Shown: positions 1 through 7,568 of the stretch, piece by piece
How positions within the stretch are numbered: the stretch's first letter is position 1
How the letters are laid out: each line of letters begins with the position of its first letter
Assembly: GCF_036567765.1 (NCBI RefSeq)
Contig: NZ_DATCTU010000115.1
Coordinates: 23,080-47,079 of the forward strand
Direction of reading: 5' to 3'
Origin: Pseudobacteroides sp.
GTDB lineage: Bacteria; Bacillota; Clostridia; Acetivibrionales; DSM-2933
DNA: 24,000 bases
Notes under the pieces: generated by a model
Seen by the model: the letters and a program-made list of their open reading frames with translations, nothing else
Told to the model about the DNA's origin: nothing
Databases searched by the model: none
Translations under genes and position numbers: made by a program

Positions 1-122
1 CCCTTCATGGGTCTGCATACCAAGACATCGATAAATAATTAGTAACCTTGGGAACCTTCATAATTCCACTATTACGTTTAACTATATCATAAACTATTTA
101 TTTTTTCAATTATTGATAGGAA

Positions 123-896
123 TCAAAATTGGCCCTGTTCATTAAAGAAAGTACGGTAACCAAGTTGCAGCATTACAATTACCGAAAGTGCCACGCTCCC
201 CAGGATTCCAAGCATGATAGCGATCTGGTAGGCTATGGCTGTAGTAGGGGAAGTACCTGAAAGTATCTGCCCTGTCATCATCCCCGGCAGAAATATTATC
301 CCCATCCCGACCATTTGGTTAATGGTCGGCATTATAGCAGAATCAAAGGTATTGTCAATTATGGCTTTTGTTGCAGCCTTGGGTGTTGCACCCAGGATCA
401 AAGCCTCCTCTACCAAATCCCTTTGTATTGTCATACCCTCTGTAAGAGATTTTACAGCTAAAGACACTCCTGTCATAGAGTTACCGATGATCATTCCTGC
501 AATGGGTATAAAATACTGAGGATTATACCATGGTGAAATACGGACGACAACAAGTAAAAAGTATAAGAGACATGAAAGAGTGCCTACTGAAAGCGAAAGG
601 GCAATTACCTTCATTAAGGGTTTTGAGAGCTTTCCCTTATACTTTTTTAACACTGTAAATACCGCAAATGCCTCCATAATCACAATTATTGCTGACGTTA
701 CGAAGGGATTGGGATTATCAAAAATATATACCAGTATATATCCTGTAAGGATTAGCTGAAGACTCATTCTCACAGATGATATGAAAATCTCTTTTTCTTT
801 TTTAATGCCCCTTACCCTTAATATGATAAGAACTATCAAAACAAATATATATGCCAAACCAACCTGGATGGCAGTGAGATTAATTATTCCGCCCAT
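123..896 (-). CDS. fetB: ABC exporter permease, FetB/YbbM (UPF0014) family
   Basis: The track ORF 123..962 starts at a TTG. The internal ATG at 896 has GGGGAGG 7 nt upstream, so I start there (257 aa). The protein is polytopic membrane. The segments IPIAGMIIGNSM, LGATPKAATKAI and LPGMMTGQILSG...AIAYQI match my recollection of E. coli FetB. The gene overlaps the upstream ATPase gene by 17 nt. Confidence 0.85.
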   Translation of the reverse strand: MGGIINLTAIQVGLAYIFVLIVLIILRVRGIKKEKEIFISSVRMSLQLILTGYILVYIFDNPNPFVTSAIIVIMEAFAVFTVLKKYKGKLSKPLMKVIALSLSVGTLSCLLYFLLVVVRISPWYNPQYFIPIAGMIIGNSMTGVSLAVKSLTEGMTIQRDLVEEALILGATPKAATKAIIDNTFDSAIMPTINQMVGMGIIFLPGMMTGQILSGTSPTTAIAYQIAIMLGILGSVALSVIVMLQLGYRTFFNEQGQF

Positions 897-1539
897 TATC
901 AAACCTCCCCTTAATCCTGCCCCTTGATATTTCAATAATGGTATGGGAATATTTTTCAGCAACTGCTTTTGAATGGGTGACCATTACGATAGTCTTATTC
1001 TTGCTGGCCGATTCTTGTGCTATCATTTGTATAATCGCTTCCTCTGTTGCATCATCCAGTGCTGATGAAGGTTCATCCAAAAGATATACATCCGGATTTA
1101 ATAGCAGCACCCTTCCAATGGCAAGCCTCTGTTTTTCTCCTCCAGAAAGGATGTTGGCGGGACTGTCGAGATCCTTCTCAAGCTTAACTCTCTGCAATAT
1201 ATTATTACAGTTGGCATCTGTCGGCTGTTCTAATTCCTGAAACCTGAGCCCTATAGAAAGATTATCCCTGATGCTTCCCTCAAAAACAACGGACTTTTGA
1301 GACAGCATAGTGACCTTCCTTCGGTGGACAACGGAATTAATGCTTCCAAGATCCATCCCTTTATATAATATCTTTCCCTTTGTAGGGGAGATAAGTTTAT
1401 TAAGAAGCCTCAGAACCGTTGATTTTCCGCTGCCGCTCTCACCGATAAGGCTTGTAATTTTGCCACCTTCAATTGTTAGTTCAGGCAAATCCAATATACC
1501 TTTGAATTCAACATCAATAAATTCGAACATCCCCGCCAT
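880..1539 (-). CDS. fetA: ABC transporter ATP-binding protein, FetA/YbbL-like partner of FetB
   Basis: Walker A GESGSGKST, ABC signature LSGGEKQR and Walker B YLLDEPSSALD are present. The gene is translationally coupled to the FetB-like permease, and the symbol rests on that synteny. An alternative ATG at 1530 (MFEFIDV) has AAAGGA 8 nt upstream and may be the true start. Confidence 0.85.
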   Translation of the reverse strand: MAGMFEFIDVEFKGILDLPELTIEGGKITSLIGESGSGKSTVLRLLNKLISPTKGKILYKGMDLGSINSVVHRRKVTMLSQKSVVFEGSIRDNLSIGLRFQELEQPTDANCNNILQRVKLEKDLDSPANILSGGEKQRLAIGRVLLLNPDVYLLDEPSSALDDATEEAIIQMIAQESASKNKTIVMVTHSKAVAEKYSHTIIEISRGRIKGRFDNGRNN

Positions 1540-1547
1540 CCTTTTAT

Positions 1548-1589
1548 AGATAACGAACTGTATATAACTAGATTTACAGTTCGTTATCT
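1548..1589 (-). promoter_or_regulatory. 13-bp perfect inverted repeat with a 16-nt spacer, immediately upstream of the fetA-like RBS
   Basis: AGATAACGAACTG (1548..1560) and CAGTTCGTTATCT (1577..1589) are exact reverse complements. The spacer TATATAACTAGATTTA contains a TATATA element. The repeat lies 25 nt past the stop of the hydrolase gene and 8 nt before ATG 1539. No U-tract follows on the minus strand, so it is not a canonical intrinsic terminator. Confidence 0.5.
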
Positions 1590-1613
1590 GAAATATTGTG
1601 CTTGATATATATT

Positions 1614-3164
1614 TTATGCAGCCTGATGTGCGGCTTGAGTACTTTCATCAGTAATCTTTTTTGCCGGAATATCAACCCCTAATTGATGGAGTATCAATCC
1701 TGCTACCTGACCATTATTATCCTTTACAAAAATTATTTCTGCATCAACAATCCTGTAGAAGAAGCTGGTATCAGATTGGGGGAATATCTCTACTTTTCCC
1801 TGTCCGGTTATCTGTGCATAGACACGGTTGTCTTCCCTGGTTATTGTGAAATTCACGCCCGGTGCTGCTTCATAGTTGCCTACAAGCCCATCTATTACTG
1901 CTGAATCCAGCGTTATTGATTTCTTGGGAGCCGGGAGCTCAACTTCTTTTCCAAGCAATATTGAGTTTATATCATCCTTGATTTTAAATACGCTTGATCC
2001 GGTATGATTTTTATTGCTTAAGATTATAATACCGGTATTCCTTTCAACATATCTTGAAATAATGGAGCTAAACCCCAGCAGTGCACCATCATGAAATATT
2101 TCCTTATCGGTGCCTTCACCGTTTATAACCCAACCGTATCCATAATTGCCTATCAGCTTTGTATCCACATGAGGTGTAAATATAATGTCCATTGTCTTTT
2201 TACTTACAAGCTTACAAGTATATAATGCCCTATCCCAGATATACATATCTTCAATGGTTGAGTATAAGTATCCCGCACCAAAGACGGTTTTTGCCGTAAG
2301 TGTATCATCAATAGGCTCAATATCAAGATACCCAATATATCCCACAGTATCAATCATTTTTTTGTCATTCTTATATATCACACCTGTGTTCTTCATTTTA
2401 AGAGGTGCAAAAATATTCTTTTGCAGATAACTTTCCAAGCTCTTGCCTGTTATTTTCTCTACAATAACACCCAGCAGTAAATACCCCGAATTGCTGTAGT
2501 TCCATGCTTCACCCGGGTTAAACTCAAGGGGCTTGTCCTTAAACAAATTTATTACTGCATTGACATCTACATTTTCAGGATCAACAGACCAATATTCAGG
2601 CAAATTTGTATAGTTGGTAATGCCTGATGTATGGGTAAGCAGGTGATGGATGGTGATCTCATCGCCTCGCGGAAAGTCCGGGAAGTACTTTGAAATCTTA
2701 TCATCAAGCTTAAGTTTTCTCTTTTCGTATAACTGCATAATAGCCATGGATGTAAACTGCTTTGTCATTGATGCGATTGCAAAGCGTGTCGATGGCGTGT
2801 TGGGAATACTGTTCTCATAATCTGCCATTCCATAGCCTTTTGCCAATATTATCTTCCCGCCCTTTTCAACCAAAACCGATCCATGAAAGTTTCTGTTTTG
2901 AGCTGCAGCATTTAAATACTCTTCAAGGTTCTTTTTGATTTCTGCATTTTCTTTTGCATGGGGATTCTTGAGCCTATTGTCTTTAGCCTTACTTTCCTTG
3001 TTTATTTTTGCATAATCTTTAAACCTGTCCATCTCCGAAACATGAAACCTGCTGTTTTCACTGTACTTAACCCTGTGTTTGGAGGCATCGGCTCCAATTG
3101 AAAAATTCAATACCATAAAACAAACCAATAATAATGCCGAAAATCTTTTTAGCATATACCTCAC
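1614..3164 (-). CDS. secreted serine hydrolase, beta-lactamase/PBP4*-like (class C, peptidase S12) family
   Basis: The 516-aa product has an N-terminal signal-like hydrophobic segment (ALLLVCFMVLNFSIGADA), the SxxK motif in ASMTKQF and the YxN motif in YSNSGY. The C-terminal ~100 aa (GNYEAAPGVNFTITREDNRVYAQITGQGKVEIFP) resembles the lipocalin-like DUF3471/Pab87 C-terminal domain. Confidence 0.85.
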   Translation of the reverse strand: MRYMLKRFSALLLVCFMVLNFSIGADASKHRVKYSENSRFHVSEMDRFKDYAKINKESKAKDNRLKNPHAKENAEIKKNLEEYLNAAAQNRNFHGSVLVEKGGKIILAKGYGMADYENSIPNTPSTRFAIASMTKQFTSMAIMQLYEKRKLKLDDKISKYFPDFPRGDEITIHHLLTHTSGITNYTNLPEYWSVDPENVDVNAVINLFKDKPLEFNPGEAWNYSNSGYLLLGVIVEKITGKSLESYLQKNIFAPLKMKNTGVIYKNDKKMIDTVGYIGYLDIEPIDDTLTAKTVFGAGYLYSTIEDMYIWDRALYTCKLVSKKTMDIIFTPHVDTKLIGNYGYGWVINGEGTDKEIFHDGALLGFSSIISRYVERNTGIIILSNKNHTGSSVFKIKDDINSILLGKEVELPAPKKSITLDSAVIDGLVGNYEAAPGVNFTITREDNRVYAQITGQGKVEIFPQSDTSFFYRIVDAEIIFVKDNNGQVAGLILHQLGVDIPAKKITDESTQAAHQAA

Positions 3165-3199
3165 CCTTTCAATTAATTGTTATTAAATGTGCTTTTTCA

Positions 3200-3228
3200 A
3201 TTATAGCCCATCTATTTCCAAAATACAA
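3200..3228 (-). promoter_or_regulatory. candidate sigma-A promoter for the hydrolase gene
   Basis: On the minus strand: TTGTAT, 17 nt, then TATAAT, about 35 nt upstream of the start at 3164. Confidence 0.4.
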
Positions 3229-3254
3229 AACTTATTTGGGGTGAGACTGACTCT

Positions 3255-3282
3255 TTTCCAACAAAAAAGGGAATGGTATAAT
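3255..3282 (+). promoter_or_regulatory. candidate extended -10 promoter for the vWA gene
   Basis: TTTCCA, 16 nt, then TGgTATAAT, with the -10 hexamer at 3277..3282. It lies about 65 nt upstream of ATG 3347. Confidence 0.45.
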
Positions 3283-3346
3283 TGGATTTAATAGAACTGC
3301 CTAAAATTATTGAAGCTTAAATTTATTATAGGAAAGAAGGATTACA

Positions 3347-4096
3347 ATGTCAGACACCGAACTAATAAAAAAAATAACTCAAAGAATAAAAAATGCACAA
3401 GCCAATAAAAATATCTCAAATGCCCCAAAGATAAACCTATTAAAAAGCAGAGAAGAAACATTTAAAATAGTTTTAGAGAAAAAAACCGATAATAACATCA
3501 TTTCTAGAGTAGGATTAGTTATTGATATATCCGGCTCGATGCGAAAGCTTTATAAAGAAGGAATAATCCAAGAAGTTGTTGAAAGAATATTCCCAATCGC
3601 CAAAAGATTTGATGATGATGAGCTACTTGATATGTGGATTTTTGCAAGCTCATATAATCGGCTTCCTCAAGTAAATGAAAACAATTTTGATACATTTATT
3701 CAAAAGGAAGTACTAGATAAAAGGCCTTCGTGTTCATGGGGAGGAACTGAATATAATCCTGTAATGTCAGATGTGATTGAATATTATAAAGATTCAGCCA
3801 CACCAGCATTTGTGATATTTATTACTGATGGTTCAAACTCAGATAAAACATTGACAAAGGATACCTTAAGGCAAGCATCATTTTATCCGATTTTCTGGCA
3901 ATACATTGGAATAGGCAAAGAAAAGTTTGACTTTCTGGAAAGATTAGATGAGTTGAACGGAAGGTTTGTTGATAATGCAAACTTTTTCAAACTTAACGAT
4001 TTACAGGAGATAAATGACAATGATTTATACTCCCGATTACTTACAGAATTCCCAGAGTGGCTTAAATCAGCAAAGGCAAAAAATATAGTTAAATAG
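3347..4096 (+). CDS. vWA domain protein of the TerF-C-terminal (vWA-TerF-like) type
   Basis: MIDAS-type DISGSM follows a hydrophobic strand (VGLVIDISGSM). Later elements are FITDGSN, then PIFWQYIGIG, FDFLERLDELNGRFVDNANFF and LYSRLLTEFPEWL. This is the pattern I associate with the vWA domain found at the TerF C-terminus. The RBS is AAGAAGGA. Confidence 0.75.
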   Translation: MSDTELIKKITQRIKNAQANKNISNAPKINLLKSREETFKIVLEKKTDNNIISRVGLVIDISGSMRKLYKEGIIQEVVERIFPIAKRFDDDELLDMWIFASSYNRLPQVNENNFDTFIQKEVLDKRPSCSWGGTEYNPVMSDVIEYYKDSATPAFVIFITDGSNSDKTLTKDTLRQASFYPIFWQYIGIGKEKFDFLERLDELNGRFVDNANFFKLNDLQEINDNDLYSRLLTEFPEWLKSAKAKNIVK

Positions 4097-4372
4097 CCTG
4101 GAATGTATTATATGTGATTATTGCAGTTCATTGGTATAAGCTGCTGATCAAATAACTAAATTTATTGTACAGGGAGAAGATAATATATGAATAAAGATGT
4201 TTTGGAAAAAAGGCTGGAGCAAATAGCTTTTAACCTCCTATATTGTGCTTTATTTTTTTAAATCTACACAAAATGGTGTGATTAAGTATGGTTTGCAACA
4301 GCCCTTTTTTATACAATAAGTATTTTTAACTTCTAGATATAATTAATCAAATGAAATTTTCCTTACTATTAC

Positions 4373-5041
4373 CTACTGTGCCTTTGCTGTCGGAGAAGCT
4401 GAAGGCTTAACAGTGCCATTATCTTTATGCATTCTCATGTGCTTGCCTTTTCCAGATAGCATAGCCTTAATCACAGCGTCTTCCTGAGCCTGTGTTATGG
4501 TTCCTGCTTTTACAAGTGCATCCAATGCTTCCTTAACATCTTTCTTTGCTTCCCATGCAGTCCTTACTGCATTTACTATTGCGTCTTTCTGTCCCTGGGT
4601 AATTGTTCCGGCAGTCACCAATTCATCCATTTTGCTGCCATGAAGGCCTTTGTAGCCCCTTACCATCGGTATTGACTTCATTATTGCATCTTCCTGAGCC
4701 TGTGTTATGGTTCCTGCCTTTACAAGTGCATCCAATGCTTCCTTAACATCTTTCTTTGCTACTCTTGCTGCCTTTATTGCGTTTTCTACTGCTGTTTTCT
4801 GTTCAGCGGTTATAGTTTTGGCTGTTACAAGCTCATCCAGTTTATTGCAATGAAACTCTTTATGGACCTTTCTGGCCATGCTCTGCCTATTAGCCATCTT
4901 CGTCTTTTGTTTGCCTGGAGTTACTGTTGCTGTAGGTGTTTTTGTGGAAGTGCTCGGACTTGGGGTATTAACAGCAAATACGCTTGTTGCTATCAAGCAT
5001 GCCGCAACTGTTGAAGTTGCAATAATTCTTGTAATTTTCAT
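4373..5041 (-). CDS. secreted repeat protein with four ITxxQ helical motifs (LTXXQ/CpxP-Spy-ZraP-like or YckD/DUF2680-like)
   Basis: RBS AAAGAGGTG lies 9 nt upstream of the ATG. The product has a signal peptide (MKITRIIATSTVAACLIATSVFA) and a T/P/S-rich linker. Two 70-aa units follow, carrying TITAEQ, TITQAQ, TITQGQ and TITQAQ, with His-containing junctions. The family assignment is from motif recollection only. Confidence 0.7.
   Translation of the reverse strand: MKITRIIATSTVAACLIATSVFAVNTPSPSTSTKTPTATVTPGKQKTKMANRQSMARKVHKEFHCNKLDELVTAKTITAEQKTAVENAIKAARVAKKDVKEALDALVKAGTITQAQEDAIMKSIPMVRGYKGLHGSKMDELVTAGTITQGQKDAIVNAVRTAWEAKKDVKEALDALVKAGTITQAQEDAVIKAMLSGKGKHMRMHKDNGTVKPSASPTAKAQ
4476..4760 (-). 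repeat. internal 210-nt (70-codon) tandem duplication with a homogenised 75-nt core
   Basis: 4476..4550 and 4686..4760 differ at only 2 of 75 positions (4478/4688 and 4508/4718). The rest of the 210-nt unit is clearly more diverged. The core encodes KKDVKEALDALVKAGTITQAQEDA twice. Confidence 0.9.
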
Positions 5042-5361
5042 TAATTACAACACCTCTTTCTCTTAAATTAAGTTAAACAATTTTTTGTTCCGATATTATT
5101 TTATCTCAATCATCAAAGATAAATCTCCGCTAAAATGAGGCAGAACTGTATTAAAGATCATTAAGCATTGCTATAGCTGGTTTCAAAAGAATTATTTAAT
5201 TGAACGGTATTTTTTTGTATTTATTCCATTAAAAAAGTTTACTAAAAAAGTTTTACACTCATGTTTTAGTAAAGAAAAAGTGCGGCAAAAGTAAGGCACA
5301 TTTTATTAAAACATAGTATTTTACTTGCTACATGATAAAATATATATTGAGGTGAATAAAC

Positions 5362-6060
5362 ATGGCTGATAAAAAGCTTATATATATAGCAGATGACGAA
5401 GTTAATATTTGTAACATAATTAAATCCTTCTTAATGAAAGAAGGTTATGAAGTCGAGACCTTTAATGATGGGCGTTCTATACTGGATTCGTTCAATAAAA
5501 AACCTGCAGACATGCTTGTTATTGATGTAATGATGCCTGAATTAGACGGCTTTTCTCTATGTTCTGCTATAAGACAAAAAAACTCTGTGCCGATAATAAT
5601 TGTTTCTGCCAAAGATACCGAGCCGGATAAAATTGCCGGACTTACCTTAGGAAGTGACGATTATCTGACAAAGCCCTTTAGCCCTATGGAACTTATGGCA
5701 AGGATAAAAAGTATTTTCCGAAGAATCGAGCTTGACAAAACAAAGGATATACAAACAGAAAAATTAATTTTGGCTGACGTTGAAATCAACAGCGATTTGA
5801 AGCAGGCGGAAGTCAGGGGAAAAAACATAGGGCTCACAGGAATGGAATTTGCCCTTCTTCATTATTTAGCCCAAAACAAAAACAAAGCCGTAAGCAGAGG
5901 CGAGCTTTTAGATAAGGTCTGGGGCTTTGAAAGCGAAGTGGAAACTAGGGCAACAGACGATATGGTAAAAAGAATTCGCAAGAAGCTGGCAGATAGCAGG
6001 TCCAGCTTAAAAATAGAGACTGTATGGGGTTTTGGTTTCAAAGTTGAAGAAAAGGATTGA
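5362..6060 (+). CDS. OmpR/PhoB-family response regulator
   Basis: The receiver domain has DDE near the N-terminus, a phospho-acceptor Asp in LVIDVMMPELDG, and LTKPF. The C-terminus is a winged helix (TRATDDMVKRIRKKL...ETVWGFGFK). RBS GAGGTG is present. Confidence 0.9.
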   Translation: MADKKLIYIADDEVNICNIIKSFLMKEGYEVETFNDGRSILDSFNKKPADMLVIDVMMPELDGFSLCSAIRQKNSVPIIIVSAKDTEPDKIAGLTLGSDDYLTKPFSPMELMARIKSIFRRIELDKTKDIQTEKLILADVEINSDLKQAEVRGKNIGLTGMEFALLHYLAQNKNKAVSRGELLDKVWGFESEVETRATDDMVKRIRKKLADSRSSLKIETVWGFGFKVEEKD

Positions 6061-6064
6061 TATT

Positions 6065-7531
6065 ATGAAGAGAAACACCATAAAATGGAGGATTTTTAAA
6101 TACAATATTATTGTAATTATAGTACTTATAGCACTTACAACAATAGTATTCAATATAGTAATCCGTTTATATATTGAAACCGATGTCAAAGATCAACTAA
6201 ATTCCATAGCATCCTGTGCAGAATCCACAACCTTGAGAAGGGGTCCTGACTTTTTTCCGCGTGAAGGTGATAAAAGGCCGCATCCACGGCTTCAAGGTGG
6301 TCAAAATGCAAACCGGCCTGGAAACATTGATCCTTCCAAGTTCTATTTGTCCCTAGATCGTTCATTGCGTGAACAGGCGTCCCTTCTGAATGCAGATTAT
6401 ATTTTGCTCGATAGCAGTAACAAGCCAATAACATCACTTGATGGAGAGTACTTTTCAGTGCCTGATAACATTGTGAAAAAATTGATCAAAGTAGTTGAAC
6501 AATTAAACGATAAACCCAAACAGCAATATATGGATTTTTATCTGGACGGCACCTCCTATATTGCAGTAATAAAACCTGTCCACAACAAAAATAATTTTGG
6601 CCTCGGTTGGATAGTCATTTATTCGAGTATGAAGAAGGTCCATCAATTGCAATTGGTAATTAATATAATACTTTTTATAATTCTTGTTTTGTCAGCACTT
6701 ATAATCAGCATATTTTCATCCCTTGTGGCAAAGAAAATATCAGCTCCGTTTACCTCTTTAAACAAGCATATTGGAGAAATTGCAGAAAGGAATTTCGGAG
6801 CAAAAATTCATATGCCTGTGGATGATGAACTACAGGAATTTGTCAGCAACATAAATACCATGTCGGATAAGCTGGAGTCATATGACAAGGCACAAAAGAC
6901 ATTTCTCCAGAATGCTTCTCATGAGTTCAGGACCCCTCTGATGTCTATTCAAAGCTATGCAGAGGGTATCAAATATGATGTGGTGGAAAAGAACAATGCT
7001 TCGGATATTATAATTGATGAAACAAAAAGGATGACTCATCTTGTGGAGGATTTACTTTATTTGTCTCGACTGGATACCATCGAGGAAAACTACCGATTTG
7101 AAAGTCTGGATTTTAATGAGCTTATCTACAGCTGCATTGAGAGGATGAACGGCATAGCTATTAAGAGCAGCATAAACATTATATCTAATATTTCAACCGG
7201 CAATTCAGTAATAAACGGTGACTTTGAAAAGCTCTCCAGAGCATTTACAAATATAATGGGCAACTGTATACGGTATGCAAAGTCCACAATATATGTAAGC
7301 TCCAAACTAGTTGGAGGCAATACTATAGAAATCATGATCAGCGATGATGGCCCCGGGATTGACCAGAATGAACTTCCCTATATTTTTGATAGATTTTATA
7401 AAGGAAAGAAGGGACATTTTGGCTTGGGGTTGGCTATAAGTAAAAACGTAATAGAAAAGCATAAAGGTACTATTTCAGCGAAAAGCTCCAATAATGGTGC
7501 GGTGTTTAAGGTTGTCCTCAGAGTAGTGTGA
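6065..7531 (+). CDS. sensor histidine kinase (2 TM, extracytoplasmic loop, HAMP, HisKA, HATPase_c)
   Basis: The track ORF starts at a TTG (6032) that overlaps the RR gene. ATG 6065 has AAAGGA 8 nt upstream and lies 4 nt after the RR stop. Motifs present are the H-box SHEFRTPL, N-box MGNCIRYA, G1 SDDGPGI and G2 GLGLAIS. Two TM segments flank a roughly 170-aa loop. Confidence 0.9.
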   Translation: MKRNTIKWRIFKYNIIVIIVLIALTTIVFNIVIRLYIETDVKDQLNSIASCAESTTLRRGPDFFPREGDKRPHPRLQGGQNANRPGNIDPSKFYLSLDRSLREQASLLNADYILLDSSNKPITSLDGEYFSVPDNIVKKLIKVVEQLNDKPKQQYMDFYLDGTSYIAVIKPVHNKNNFGLGWIVIYSSMKKVHQLQLVINIILFIILVLSALIISIFSSLVAKKISAPFTSLNKHIGEIAERNFGAKIHMPVDDELQEFVSNINTMSDKLESYDKAQKTFLQNASHEFRTPLMSIQSYAEGIKYDVVEKNNASDIIIDETKRMTHLVEDLLYLSRLDTIEENYRFESLDFNELIYSCIERMNGIAIKSSINIISNISTGNSVINGDFEKLSRAFTNIMGNCIRYAKSTIYVSSKLVGGNTIEIMISDDGPGIDQNELPYIFDRFYKGKKGHFGLGLAISKNVIEKHKGTISAKSSNNGAVFKVVLRVV

Positions 7532-7549
7532 TACAATGAAAATGAAAAA

Positions 7550-7568
7550 CTCGCACTATTGGTGCGAG
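7550..7568 (+). terminator. weak hairpin after the kinase gene
   Basis: CTCGCAC-tattg-GTGCGAG gives a 7-bp stem 19 nt after the stop. The A-run precedes the hairpin rather than a T-run following it, so it is atypical for the plus strand. Confidence 0.35.

Noticed and set aside
1-42. Possible 3' end of a plus-strand gene (...PFMGLHTKTSINN-stop) at the window edge.
   Set aside because: All three plus frames hit stops within 42 nt, and 13 codons carry no recognisable signal. It cannot be supported.
235-1549. Plus-strand ORFs 235..519, 938..1240 and 1310..1549.
   Set aside because: They lie entirely antisense to the well-supported fetB/fetA-like genes, have no RBS, and give low-complexity translations. 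They are shadow ORFs. The same reasoning applies to 1661..1904, 2185..2430, 4878..5066, 6007..6437(-), 7126..7611(-), 8582..9097, 9965..10579, 11330..11533, 12187..12405, 13693..14220, 15358..15543(-), 16181..16807, 17258..17603(-), 17664..19838(-), 19875..20081, 21568..21774(-), 22082..22438(-) and 23488..23706(-).
4187-4261. 24-codon ORF (MNKDVLEKRLEQIAFNLLYCALFF) with a GGGAGAAG element 7 nt upstream, in the 276-nt gap after the vWA gene.
   Set aside because: It is too short to support from sequence alone in AT-rich DNA, and I recognise no family. It may be a gene remnant or chance. It would only be worth revisiting if ribosome profiling or conservation supports it.
4373-5041. Periodic repeats that could be mistaken for a CRISPR-like or tandem-repeat array.
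   Set aside because: There are only two units, the period is 210 nt, they are in frame within a clear secreted-protein ORF, and there is no spacer/repeat architecture. This is an intragenic duplication.
5332-5344. A 13-nt identical string ATGATAAAATATA at 5332..5344 and 7800..7812, upstream of the RR gene and of the DUF5680-like gene.
   Set aside because: Both are best explained as extended -10 promoter elements (TGATAAAAT) in AT-rich DNA rather than a shared regulatory motif or repeat family. I did not list them as features because no convincing -35 accompanies them.
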